Position numbers and translations under genes: made by a program. Below, piece by piece: positions 39,764-48,801 of a stretch of 64,000 bases of DNA. The notes under the pieces are model-generated. The model saw only the letters and a program-made list of their open reading frames with translations. It did no database searches and had not been told where the DNA came from. Each line of letters starts with the position of its first letter. Within the stretch, counting starts at the first letter, position 1. Origin of the DNA: Nitriliruptorales bacterium (GTDB taxonomy: Bacteria; Actinomycetota; Nitriliruptoria; Euzebyales; JAHELV01); the NCBI GenBank assembly GCA_024644015.1, contig JAHELV010000003.1, forward strand, positions 44,166-108,165, read 5' to 3'.

Positions 39764-40213
39764 TCAGATGGTCAGCCCCTCGGTCTGCACATGTGCACCG
39801 GACGCGGTGTGCACGGTCAGCTTGACCGCGCCGGGGGGAACACCATCGAACGAGAAGCGCCCCAAGGCGTCCGTGTCGGTCCGCATGGTGCGGTCACCCT
39901 GGCGGAGTTCGACCGCGGCTTCCTGTGCCGGCACGAGCTGCCCGATGACGACCCGGGCGCGCTCGGAGACCACCTCGACCTCGATCTCCAACCCCGGTGC
40001 GCGAAAGGTCACCTGTCGGGCCGCGCCAGTGCCACGGACACCGCTGACGGCAGCCGTGTCCGAGTCGTAGACGAGCTCGGCAAGCTCCGCGTCGATCCCG
40101 TGCCAGGCGAACGCCTCACGGGCGTGGCTGACAACGTGGGCGGGCGGCGGGTCGACGATGTCGAACATGCGCTGGAGCGCCTGCAGTACCTCGGTGTCCG
40201 TGTCGTCGCTCAT
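39764..40213 (-). CDS. Hypothetical soluble protein with CarboxypepD_reg-like beta domain, coupled to ECF sigma
   Basis: 149 aa from the ATG at 40213 (ATGA overlap with the sigma stop). C-terminus ALGRFSFDGVPPGAVKLTV is typical of carboxypeptidase-regulatory-like folds. No TM helix and no HxxxCxxC motif. Confidence 0.5.
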   Translation of the reverse strand: MSDDTDTEVLQALQRMFDIVDPPPAHVVSHAREAFAWHGIDAELAELVYDSDTAAVSGVRGTGAARQVTFRAPGLEIEVEVVSERARVVIGQLVPAQEAAVELRQGDRTMRTDTDALGRFSFDGVPPGAVKLTVHTASGAHVQTEGLTI

Positions 40214-40773
40214 GTGACCGCTCTCCCTTCGGGCTTGGGGCTCCCCATCAACCGACGGAGTTGATCGAGGCAGCGGGCACGCGTCGGCCCGATGCTGCCC
40301 ACCGGGCGACCGATCACGCCGGAGATGGTCGCGTAGTCCAGGCGGGGCTCTGCACACAGCAGACGCAGGAGCTGCTGGCAGCTGTCGGACAGCTCACCGA
40401 AGGCAGCAAAGACAGCCCGTGACGTCTCGTCGTCGATGAGGAGCTCGTCGGGCTGCGGGGAGACGCGATCGGGGGTGTTGGCCACCATCTCGGATGGCTG
40501 CTGCCGGCGCTGGCTCTTCAGAACGCGCAACGCCTCACGTCGCGTCGTCGTCGCCAGCCAACCTGCCAGGCGCTCCGGATCCCTGATCCGGTCGCAGTGC
40601 TCCACGAGCCGCAGCCACACCGTCTGGCTGACGTCCGCAGCGGTTGCGTCCTCCAGGCCGAACGACCGCGCCACCGACCAGACCAGTCGCGAGTAACGAT
40701 CGACCAACTCGTCCCACGCCGGCCGGTCACCATCGGCTGCCCGGCGCAGCAACTGCCCCACATCAGCGGTCAT
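40210..40773 (-). CDS. ECF RNA polymerase sigma factor
   Basis: 187 aa from the ATG at 40773. Region 2 is WDELVDRYSRLVWSVARSFGLEDATAADVSQTVWLRLVEH. Region 4 is LDYATISGVIGRPVGSIGPTRARCLDQLRRL. The upstream 150 codons of the track ORF are an artefact. Confidence 0.85.
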   Translation of the reverse strand: MTADVGQLLRRAADGDRPAWDELVDRYSRLVWSVARSFGLEDATAADVSQTVWLRLVEHCDRIRDPERLAGWLATTTRREALRVLKSQRRQQPSEMVANTPDRVSPQPDELLIDDETSRAVFAAFGELSDSCQQLLRLLCAEPRLDYATISGVIGRPVGSIGPTRARCLDQLRRLMGSPKPEGRAVT

Positions 40774-40781
40774 ATCGCGGG

Positions 40782-40787
40782 ATTGTA
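40782..40787 (-). promoter_or_regulatory. Candidate -10 (TACAAT) for near-leaderless ECF sigma transcript
   Basis: The minus strand reads TACAAT, then 8 nt, then ATG (40773). No SD is visible. Confidence 0.3.
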
Positions 40788-40934
40788 GGCAGCGCCCGCA
40801 GGCTGCGATCGCTAACTGCGTGGAAATCATCTGCAATACGAGGCGCGCCACGGTCGCCTGATACGACAAATCCGGTCCGGCCGACCGCCGCCGCACCGGG
40901 GCGCCGGGCCAGATCGCGTGCTGTGCAGCGGCCG

Positions 40935-42296
40935 CTACGCAGCGATGTACCGCTGCTGTTCCTCTACCTCCGAGGTCGGCACGTCCCGTCCCTTGCGGTC
41001 GAGCCGACGGCGGGCATAGCGGGCGATGCCGAGTCCCAGCACGACCGGCACGACGATCACGGCGACGCGGGCGATCCACGTGATCACTTCGATCGGGATG
41101 CCGAGCATGCGCGACAGGATGTCGTTGGTCGCAGCCGCCGACAGGATCAGCAGCGCGCTGAAGACGCCGAGCATCACGCCGGCACGCAACGGGATCTCCA
41201 ACGGGTTCTGCAGCACATGCCACTCGCCCTCGAGCTTGTAGCGCCGCTTCTCGATGAACGGATAGATCCCGAGGAACGCGAAGATCAACCCCGGCAGCAC
41301 CACGCCGGCGACGAACGGCCCCGAGATGATCATGCCGCCGGGGACGCCGAACTCGATCGGTGGGAAGATCCGCAACGCGCCTTCCAGCCAGAACAGGAAC
41401 CAGTCGGGCTGGGCGTTGTTGCCGACCTCACCCGGCACGTAGGGCCCGAGCAGCGTCACGTCGCTCCATGGGATCAGCACCGCGGCCGCCGCCAGCAGCC
41501 CGGCGGTCCACAGGAACAGCGTGGCGCTCTCGGCGAACTGCAGCGGCCACAGCGGCTTGCCCAGCACGAGCCGGTGGCCGTCGACGCCGAGTCGGGGGAA
41601 CTGCGTGTGCTTCTGCCGGTAGATGATGAACAGATGCAGGCCGACCGTGCCGATCAGCGCCGCGGGCAGGATCATCACGTGCAGCACGAAGAAGCGTGGG
41701 ATCACGTCGCCGGTCGGGAACGCGCCACCGAAGATCCAGAATGCGATCCGATCGCCGATCAGCGGCAACGACAGCAGTTCGGTGTAGGCGATCCGGATCC
41801 CAGTGCCGGCCAGCGAGTCGTACGGCAGCGAATAGCCGGTGAAGCCCGCACCGAACGCCAGCGTCAGCAGGCCGATTCCGACGAAGTAGTTGATCTCGCG
41901 GGGCTTGCGGAACGCGCCGGTCAGCAGGATCCGCAGCATGTGCAGGACGATGGTTGCGATGAACAGATGCGATGCGCCACGGTGCAGGCGACGAAACAGC
42001 AGGCCACCGTTGATGTCGCTGGACAGGCGCACGATCGACTCGAAGGCCGCCGGCAGCGACCGACCGGCAAAGACCGGGTTGGTTCCGGTGTACGTGACCG
42101 CCTCGACGTTGGGGCTGTAGAAGAAGGTCAGGAACGTGCCGGTCAGAACCAGGATGACCAGCGAGAACAAGGCGACCTCGCCGAGCAGGAACGACCAGTT
42201 GCTCGGAAACACCTTGTTCGCGGCCTTCCGTGCGTCCCCCCGCACGTGCAGACGTTCGTCGAGCTGGTCGAACAGCTTGGCGAACAGCGGCGTCAT
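40935..42296 (-). CDS. qcrB: Cytochrome bc1 complex cytochrome b subunit
   Basis: 453 aa. SFLLGEVALFSLVILVLTGTFL, haem-ligand regions RRLHRGASHLFIATIVLHMLR and FFVLHVMILPAAL. Order is qcrC-qcrA-qcrB. Confidence 0.93.
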   Translation of the reverse strand: MTPLFAKLFDQLDERLHVRGDARKAANKVFPSNWSFLLGEVALFSLVILVLTGTFLTFFYSPNVEAVTYTGTNPVFAGRSLPAAFESIVRLSSDINGGLLFRRLHRGASHLFIATIVLHMLRILLTGAFRKPREINYFVGIGLLTLAFGAGFTGYSLPYDSLAGTGIRIAYTELLSLPLIGDRIAFWIFGGAFPTGDVIPRFFVLHVMILPAALIGTVGLHLFIIYRQKHTQFPRLGVDGHRLVLGKPLWPLQFAESATLFLWTAGLLAAAAVLIPWSDVTLLGPYVPGEVGNNAQPDWFLFWLEGALRIFPPIEFGVPGGMIISGPFVAGVVLPGLIFAFLGIYPFIEKRRYKLEGEWHVLQNPLEIPLRAGVMLGVFSALLILSAAATNDILSRMLGIPIEVITWIARVAVIVVPVVLGLGIARYARRRLDRKGRDVPTSEVEEQQRYIAA

Positions 42297-42338
42297 CGCA
42301 TCCCTTCCGTGCCGTGGTTCCCACTGTAATTGACGGTG

Positions 42339-43220
42339 CTATCCGTATGCGGGGCCGACCAGCTCCTTGAAGTCGCCGAGCGCGATCAGGAACCCCTCCG
42401 CATTTGTGCCCAACGGCAACTGTGGGAGCGCGCGTGCCGTCGGTCCGAACGTCGGGATCGCGCCTCGTACCGCGTCGAAGGTCGATTGGTGGCACGGGCA
42501 GAACAACGCGTTGTCCTGCTCGCGGAACAGGCCGACCGGACACCCGGCGTGCGTACACACCTTCGAGTACGCGACGAGCTCCCCGTTGACGACCCAGTCG
42601 AGGTTGGTTGGTGGGGCGAAGCCGACATCACCGACGCGTACGAGGATGACGGCCGATATCTCGTTGTCGATCGCACCTTCCGGCCAGACCGTTGCCACGC
42701 CGCCGCTCGCGACGTTGTCGGCGCGGATCGGTTCACCGTCGGTGGTGACCAGCCGGGTACCGCGGCGCCAGGCGGTGCGCGTCAACGTGTCGCCCGGAGC
42801 CGGGCCCAGCGACGGGACGGTGGAGCCGACGATTCCCAGCCCGAGGATGCCGCCGGCGCCAATCAGTGCATTGCGCAGCAGTGAGCGGCGTTCCAACGGT
42901 TCGATCGCCGACACGGCCTCCTCGGAGGCGTCCGGTTCCGGATGGCGTGGCTCCACCGCCTCGATGTCGGGGAACAGATCGCTGAAGTACCGGCGGACGC
43001 CGAAGCCCAGTGCGAGCAGGCCGATCGCCAGGGCCGAGCCGTACACGGCGAGGGACGTCCCCAGCGCCAGCGCGACGGCGAACCCGACCCCGGCGAGCGC
43101 GGCGATGATCGCGCTGCCGATCACCAGCGCGTCGTTCGCCTCGCTGGGCGGAGGCGTCTCCTCGCTGACGATCGTCAGGTCCGGCCGCCGCGGTTCGCTC
43201 TCGTGTCCACTCATGGCCAC
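42339..43220 (-). CDS. qcrA: Cytochrome bc1 complex Rieske iron-sulfur subunit
   Basis: Rieske boxes CTHAGCPVG and CPCHQSTF. N-terminal TM helices. Confidence 0.92.
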   Translation of the reverse strand: MAMSGHESEPRRPDLTIVSEETPPPSEANDALVIGSAIIAALAGVGFAVALALGTSLAVYGSALAIGLLALGFGVRRYFSDLFPDIEAVEPRHPEPDASEEAVSAIEPLERRSLLRNALIGAGGILGLGIVGSTVPSLGPAPGDTLTRTAWRRGTRLVTTDGEPIRADNVASGGVATVWPEGAIDNEISAVILVRVGDVGFAPPTNLDWVVNGELVAYSKVCTHAGCPVGLFREQDNALFCPCHQSTFDAVRGAIPTFGPTARALPQLPLGTNAEGFLIALGDFKELVGPAYG

Positions 43221-43239
43221 TCCCTGCGGCTCGCCGCGA

Positions 43240-44130
43240 TCACGATTGGTCGGAGGGGTCGATGGGCGTCACAGACGCGGATGGCGGGACGCTGCGGTCG
43301 TCGTCGCCGTCCGCTTCGGGATCGGGGAACCAGGTGGGTTTCGACGAGATCCAGAACAGCGACAGGATCGTCGCCAGCGCGAGCAGTGCGACGAACCCCG
43401 ACGCGAACACCGGGTTCAGCTCGATCAGGCCCAGCGGCGTGCCGGACTCGCTGCTGACTTCCTCGAGGAACGCACCGACGTCGGCGACCTCCTGGTCGGT
43501 GATCTGGTCGGTGCCGAACGCGGGCATCTGGAACGGCCCGACTCTGATGGCCTCGGCAATTGTCGCCGGCTCGTAGTTGGTCACCGTGGGCGTCCACGCC
43601 CCGCCGCCGGCAACGCCGCCACTGCCTGTCGACCCGTGGCACGCCGCACAGTTCGTTGCGTACACGTTCTGTCCACTGCCGGCGTTGCCTTCGGGCAGCT
43701 GCGTGACCTCGGACAGGTTGTTGGTGATCCCGAACTCGTTGACGAGGTAGGCGACGATCGCCAGTCGCTGCGCCTCGTCGTAGACGACGACGCGCGGCTG
43801 GTTGTCGAAGGGGTTCGCCGCCGGCGGCATGCGGCCGGTCCGCATGACCAGATCGACGTACGCCGCCGTGACGTCAGCCTGTCCCGACAAGGGGGGCGCC
43901 ATCCTGTCGGTGCCGGGAACCGTGGCGCCACTGCCGTCCGAGGCATGGCACTGCGCGCAGGCCTGTGCGTACAGCTGGCTGCCGAGGGCGACGTCGCCGA
44001 TCTGGTCGCCGGGCTGCACCTGGGCCGACACGTCGCCCGGCGCCCACCACAGCGCAACGCCGATGCCAGACGCCACGACCACGAGCCATCCGAGCAGAGT
44101 CCGCCACATGGGCGGTGACAGCGTTCGCAT
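43240..44130 (-). CDS. qcrC: Cytochrome bc1 complex dihaem cytochrome c subunit
   Basis: Two CxxCH motifs (CAQCHAS and CAACHGS), an N-terminal signal/TM helix and a C-terminal TM anchor. Confidence 0.92.
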   Translation of the reverse strand: MRTLSPPMWRTLLGWLVVVASGIGVALWWAPGDVSAQVQPGDQIGDVALGSQLYAQACAQCHASDGSGATVPGTDRMAPPLSGQADVTAAYVDLVMRTGRMPPAANPFDNQPRVVVYDEAQRLAIVAYLVNEFGITNNLSEVTQLPEGNAGSGQNVYATNCAACHGSTGSGGVAGGGAWTPTVTNYEPATIAEAIRVGPFQMPAFGTDQITDQEVADVGAFLEEVSSESGTPLGLIELNPVFASGFVALLALATILSLFWISSKPTWFPDPEADGDDDRSVPPSASVTPIDPSDQS

Positions 44131-44271
44131 CGCCTGGACAACCCTTCGCTCGTCGCAGAACCCTGTCTACCAGTGGTCTGAGATCCACGCAGGTGTTGCG
44201 TCGGACGGACAAGGTGTTTCAGGGTGTGTGATAGGCGATACAAACAGCGAGACGTCGATCAAGGGATCACT

Positions 44272-44766
44272 GTGAGCGATGAACTGACCATCCGTGAGGC
44301 CCGCGACGACGAGTTGGACATCGTCGCGTCGCTCGTCGTCGACGCGTACAGCGAGTTCGCCGCGCGGATGGCTCCCGACGCATGGTCCTCGTTCGCTCAG
44401 GACATCGCGAACGTCCGTGGACGCACCATCGACGCCCAGCTCCTCGTCGCCCTGCGGGACGGACGCATCGTCGGCACCGTGACGCGATACCCGGCCTGGA
44501 GAGGCGCCCAGGAGGACGCGTCGGCGGTCCGGGTTCTGGCCGTTCCACCCGACGAACGTGGCACCGGCGTTGGCCGGACGTTGATGGAGCACTGCATCCG
44601 GCTCACCCGCGAGGAACGCAAGAAGCGCCTCGTGCTGGCCGTCACCCAGGAGATGGAGAACGCGCGCGACCTGTACGACAGCCTCGGGTTCGAGCGCGAC
44701 CCCGGGCTGGATCACGAGCCGGCGCCCGGCGTGCGCGCGACGGGATACTCGCTGCTGCTCGGCTAG
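44272..44766 (+). CDS. GNAT-family N-acetyltransferase
   Basis: VLAVPPDERGTGVGRTLMEHCIRLTREERKKRLVL...ARDLYDSLGFE (GNAT motifs A and B). Start GTG 44272 preferred; the track start is 44224. Confidence 0.8.
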   Translation: MSDELTIREARDDELDIVASLVVDAYSEFAARMAPDAWSSFAQDIANVRGRTIDAQLLVALRDGRIVGTVTRYPAWRGAQEDASAVRVLAVPPDERGTGVGRTLMEHCIRLTREERKKRLVLAVTQEMENARDLYDSLGFERDPGLDHEPAPGVRATGYSLLLG

Positions 44767-45500
44767 CGGGTGTCCGCAGGGTCGCGGACAGCGATCCGCA
44801 CGCGCTTGTTGGCCTTGCCCTTCGACTCCGTACCGGTGACCTCCACGGCGCCGACCTCGGTCGTCGACGCGACATGGGTCCCGCCGTCTGCCTGGCGGTC
44901 CAAGCCGCGGATGTCGATGACCCGCAGCGGGTCGATGCTCGCGGGGATCAGGTTCGCCTTCGTGCGGATCAGTGCCGGGTCGGCGTCGGCCGCGGCACGG
45001 TCCACGAACATGACGGCGATGTCGCGGGCCCGCTGGATCTCCTGGTTCATCCGCGCCTCCATCTGCCGTCCGAGCTCTGACGACATCTGCGGCAGCTCGA
45101 AGTCCAGCCTGCCCCGGCCGGGTTCCATGTTGCCGCCCGTGACCGCGACCTTGAAGTCGTGCCAGATGACGCCGCAGAGGATGTGCAACGCGGTATGGGT
45201 GCGCATGAGCAGGTGGCGCCGCTCCCAGTCGAGGTGACCCTGCAGCTGTGTGCCGGGGCCGGGCAACGGCTGGTCGGGCGCGATCGCGTGCCACAACCTG
45301 CCCGACGCCCGCCTGACCCTCGTGACGTCGGCGGAGCCGTCGTGCCACTGCAGAGACCCGACGTCGTGCGGCTGCCCGCCTCCGCCCGGATAGAACGCGG
45401 AACGGTCGAGTGCGATCAGCCGTTCGTCCTCGTCGACGGCTTCGACGATCGCTTCGAATGTATGCACGTAGGCGTCTGTCGCGAACAGCTCATCGGTCAC
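44763..45500 (-). CDS. alaX: Alanyl-tRNA editing protein AlaX (AlaRS second additional domain)
   Basis: 245 aa. YPGGGGQPHD, zinc/editing motifs HTALHILCGV and DGGTHV. Convergent 4-nt overlap with the GNAT gene. Confidence 0.85.
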   Translation of the reverse strand: MTDELFATDAYVHTFEAIVEAVDEDERLIALDRSAFYPGGGGQPHDVGSLQWHDGSADVTRVRRASGRLWHAIAPDQPLPGPGTQLQGHLDWERRHLLMRTHTALHILCGVIWHDFKVAVTGGNMEPGRGRLDFELPQMSSELGRQMEARMNQEIQRARDIAVMFVDRAAADADPALIRTKANLIPASIDPLRVIDIRGLDRQADGGTHVASTTEVGAVEVTGTESKGKANKRVRIAVRDPADTR

Positions 45501-45533
45501 AGGAACGCCTTGTCGCTTGCCGGACCACCAACG

Positions 45534-46397
45534 CTACGCCAGCGGGTTGCGCCCTGGCGCCGAGTCGGTCAGATCGGAGATCTCCTCCCACGACAAGGCG
45601 ATCTCCTCGACCGACGGCACGTGGTCGAACTGCACGCCCTGCGCCTGCATGTAGGCGATGCGTGCGTAGTGCCCGCCGCTGGCCATCATGATGGCGCCGG
45701 TGTCGGTGCACTCCTCCGAGCACAGGTACACGACCATCGGGGACACATACGCCGGGTCGAGGTCCAACCTCGCGTCGTCCGGGATGACATCGGCGGTCAT
45801 GCGGGTGTTGGCCAGCGGGGCGACGGCGTTGGCTGTGATGTTGCTGCGTGCGCCCTCGACGGCAAGGGTGTTGATCAGGCCGACCATGCCCATCTTGGCG
45901 GCGCCGTAGTTCGCCTGACCGAAGTTGCCGAACAGCCCGGAGGTCGACGTCGTCACCACGACGCGGCCGTACTGCTGCTCGCGCATGTGCGGCCATGCGG
46001 CCCGTGTCACATTGAATGTGCCGTACAGGTGGACACGCAACACCGCATCCCACTGCTCCGGTGCCATCTTGTGAAACGACTTGTCGCGCAGGATGCCCGC
46101 GTTGTTGACCACCACGTCGACCTGGCCGAACGCGTCGAGAGCGGTGGAAACCACATCGGCCCCGCCCTCGACGGTGGCGACGTTGTCGTAGTTGGCGATC
46201 GCCTCACCGCCCGCCCTGGTGATCTCCGAGACGACGGCATCGGCCATGTCGGACCCGAAACCCGAGCCCTCCCGATCGCCACCCAGATCATTGACGACCA
46301 CGCGCGCACCCTGTTGCGCGAACAGCAGTGCGTGCTGGCGGCCGAGTCCGCCGCCGGCGCCGGTGATCACGACGACCCTGCCCTTGACTCCGGCCAT
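45534..46397 (-). CDS. Short-chain dehydrogenase/reductase (MFE-2 / 3-hydroxyacyl-CoA dehydrogenase-like)
   Basis: VVVITGAGGGLGR, NNAGILRD, and the catalytic YGAAK in NYGAAKMG. Confidence 0.9.
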   Translation of the reverse strand: MAGVKGRVVVITGAGGGLGRQHALLFAQQGARVVVNDLGGDREGSGFGSDMADAVVSEITRAGGEAIANYDNVATVEGGADVVSTALDAFGQVDVVVNNAGILRDKSFHKMAPEQWDAVLRVHLYGTFNVTRAAWPHMREQQYGRVVVTTSTSGLFGNFGQANYGAAKMGMVGLINTLAVEGARSNITANAVAPLANTRMTADVIPDDARLDLDPAYVSPMVVYLCSEECTDTGAIMMASGGHYARIAYMQAQGVQFDHVPSVEEIALSWEEISDLTDSAPGRNPLA

Positions 46398-46631
46398 GCG
46401 AGCCCCGATCCACGCGTATTGCTTGTTTAGCAGGTGCTAGGCATACGAAGCAAGTTTAGCGGGCGCAGCAGCCGTGCGCCGGGCAGCGATCGGCGTGATA
46501 CGTCGTTGCAGGCGTGGAGCGGCCTGCAGTGCCGCCGTTGTGCGCCGCGGTTCCTCGTCGCGGCACCTCTCCAGTCGTGCAGGGCGGTGACACTGGCGGC
46601 CCCACGGTGAGACCCTAGACTCGCGACGACG

Positions 46632-47168
46632 ATGCATGACGGGCCACGGGGGCGGCGCGTGCGCGATGACCAGCTTCAGGCGTTCGTGAGTGCGGCGCGC
46701 GCTCGTACCGCCGTCGACACGCGCCGTCACCGCCGCTGGCTGCAGCGGCAGCTGGACGAGAGTCAGACCTTCGAAGGGCTGTGTCGCAGCGTGGCGGACT
46801 CGGGCGCACGGGTGCGCCTGAGCGTAGCCAGCGGTCATACGCACAGCGGTCGGATCGTCGCCGCCGGAGCAGATCTGCTCGCGTTGGCCGGAGACACCGA
46901 CGTCGTCTACATCGTGATGTCAGCCGTCGTCGCGGTCGAGCTGCTCGACGCATCGCAGCCGGGTGCCGTGCCCGCAGGAATCCGCGCGTCCACCGTTGCC
47001 GACGCGGTGGTCGAGCTGGCCGAGCTGCGCGAGACGATCGTCGTCGGCACGTCCGACGGAGGCGTACACCGGGGGCGGGTCGCGGGTATCGGCCATGACG
47101 TGCTGTGGTTCGACAACGGTTGCCACGTCCGGTTCGCGGCGATCACCGAGGTGGCCGCAGCGTCATGA
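46632..47168 (+). CDS. Hypothetical protein (no family recognised)
   Basis: 178-aa ORF with protein-like composition (ARVRLSVASGHTHSGRIVAAGADLLALAGDTDVVYIVMSAVVAVELLD). TAGACT lies 10 nt upstream of the ATG. I recognise no motif. Confidence 0.45.
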   Translation: MHDGPRGRRVRDDQLQAFVSAARARTAVDTRRHRRWLQRQLDESQTFEGLCRSVADSGARVRLSVASGHTHSGRIVAAGADLLALAGDTDVVYIVMSAVVAVELLDASQPGAVPAGIRASTVADAVVELAELRETIVVGTSDGGVHRGRVAGIGHDVLWFDNGCHVRFAAITEVAAAS

Positions 47169-47250
47169 GCACCGCGGTGCAGCTGCTTCCGCCCTTTGCG
47201 CCGCGCAGCGCGTGTCGCGGCGATGCAAGCGCCCATGGGCGCTCGAGCCG

Positions 47251-47484
47251 CTAGTCGGAGCTGGATCGTGCGGGGTCGGGATACAGGTGTTCCAGCGAGC
47301 CGGGCACGATTCGGCTGCGTTCGATGAACGCGTTCACATCGCGCTCCTGGAGACGGATGACGCGACCGAACTTGTACGCCGCGATCTCACCCTCGTCGAT
47401 CAACCGGTACAGCGTCCTGGGGGTGATCCCGAGATGTCGGGCGGCCGCAGCCGTGCTAAGCCAGGTGATTTCTTGTTGCGCCAT
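47251..47484 (-). CDS. Excisionase/MerR-type helix-turn-helix DNA-binding protein
   Basis: 77 aa from the ATG at 47484: WLSTAAAARHLGITPRTLYRLIDEGEIAAYKFGRVIRLQERDVNAFIE. TATCAT lies 8 nt upstream of the ATG, so the transcript is possibly leaderless. The rest of the 278-aa track ORF is an artefact. Confidence 0.8.
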   Translation of the reverse strand: MAQQEITWLSTAAAARHLGITPRTLYRLIDEGEIAAYKFGRVIRLQERDVNAFIERSRIVPGSLEHLYPDPARSSSD

Positions 47485-47547
47485 CGCCCGCCATGATACA
47501 CCGGAGATTTGGCATTGCACTGCGATGTATACGACGGTAAAGGTCTG

Positions 47548-48801
47548 ATGCGCCCTCGACAGGCGGTGCTGGGGCTCGTCAGCCGCACGGCGTCGTGGCC
47601 ACAACGGATCGCTGCATGGGTGTCGTCGGGCGCCGTTCAGGTCGCCGTGTCGTACTGCGAATCGGTCGCGCATCTCCAGGCACGACTGGGCGCGGACCGC
47701 GGAACGCAGGTGGTGCTGCTCGACGGCGATCTTTCCCTGGTCGACCGGGACCTGCTCACCGACATCGCCACGGGTGGCGGCGTGCCGGTAGTCGTCGAAG
47801 GCCGACGCCGGCGGAGGGACTGGGTCCGGTTGGGTGCTGCCGAGGTGCTCCCATCGGAGTTCGATCGAGCGCAACTGCTGCGGGCGGTGGGTTCGGTCAT
47901 GTCGCCCCGAGCGGCTGCGCCTCCGGAGCGTCGCGAGTCTGCCCTGTTCGCGGTCACCGGACCAGGCGGCACCGGTGCCAGCGTCACCGCCATCGCGCTC
48001 TCGCAGGGCCTCGCGGTCGAGCATCGACGCGTGCTGCTCGCGGACTGCTGCCTGCACGCCGAGCAGGCGATGCTGCACAACGCGCATGGTTCACAGCCAG
48101 GTCTCAGCGACGTCGTGGACCTCCACGCCGAGCGCACACCCGACCATCGCCAGATCCGGCGGTCCGCGCTGGGGATCGTCGAACGCGGCTACTACCTGCT
48201 ACCGGGGCTCCCCCGCGCGCGCCACTGGTCCCGCATCCGTGCCGGCTCGCTGCAGTCGGCCCTGCGGTCGTTGCGGACGGCATTCGACGTCGTGGTCGCC
48301 GACGTGGATCCCGAGGTCGAGGGAGAGGCCGAAGGCGGATCGATCGACGTCGAGGAGCGCAACGTGCTCGCGCGCACGGTTCTCACGGCGGCGGACGTGG
48401 TCCTCGTCGTGGGTCAGCCGACCATGAAGGGGATCTATGCGATGGTGCGGACGATGGTCGAGTTGCTGGAGTTCGGCATCCGACCCCAACGGCTGTTGCC
48501 CGTCGTCAACCAGTCCGCTGCGCCGCCAGCCGCCCGCGCGGAGCTCAGCCGCACGGTGCGGCAGCTGATCAACGGCGTTGCCGGCGGTCACGCCGTCGGC
48601 CCCGCGCTGTTCGCCCCGACGGTTGCGCTGGACGAGGCGCTGCGTGAGCGCGACGCGCTGCCAGGCACCTGGTCGGCGATGCTCGCCGGCGCGGCGACGA
48701 CGGTCCTTGGCCGGCGCGGAGCACAGGGCGCCACATCGGCGCTCACACCGATCGCCGCGGGGTCACTGGGGCATTGGGACGACGCGGACGACGAGCGGTG
48801 A
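47548..48801 (+). CDS. CpaE/Ssd-like ParA-superfamily protein with lysine-less P-loop
   Basis: LFAVTGPGGTGASVTAIALSQGLAV...VLLADCC replaces the GxxGxGK[ST] motif. A receiver-like N-terminal domain is present, with VVVADVDPE and VVLVVGQPTMKG segments. Start is ATG 47548 (AAAGG upstream) or TTG 47509. Confidence 0.7.
   Translation: MRPRQAVLGLVSRTASWPQRIAAWVSSGAVQVAVSYCESVAHLQARLGADRGTQVVLLDGDLSLVDRDLLTDIATGGGVPVVVEGRRRRRDWVRLGAAEVLPSEFDRAQLLRAVGSVMSPRAAAPPERRESALFAVTGPGGTGASVTAIALSQGLAVEHRRVLLADCCLHAEQAMLHNAHGSQPGLSDVVDLHAERTPDHRQIRRSALGIVERGYYLLPGLPRARHWSRIRAGSLQSALRSLRTAFDVVVADVDPEVEGEAEGGSIDVEERNVLARTVLTAADVVLVVGQPTMKGIYAMVRTMVELLEFGIRPQRLLPVVNQSAAPPAARAELSRTVRQLINGVAGGHAVGPALFAPTVALDEALRERDALPGTWSAMLAGAATTVLGRRGAQGATSALTPIAAGSLGHWDDADDER

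Noticed and set aside
40644-44118. 561-aa and 583-aa plus-strand ORFs (40644-42329 and 42367-44118)
   Set aside because: They are antisense to qcrB, qcrA and qcrC, which carry diagnostic haem, Rieske and CxxCH motifs. Their translations are charged low-complexity sequence.
46398-47550. Searched for a 6C-type sRNA (two hairpins with C-rich loops), which in M. tuberculosis lies beside the CpaE-like ssd gene
   Set aside because: There are no CCCCCC-containing loops or matching hairpins in the spacers flanking the HTH/CpaE-like genes. The only C6 runs I saw are inside gyrB and sodX coding sequence.
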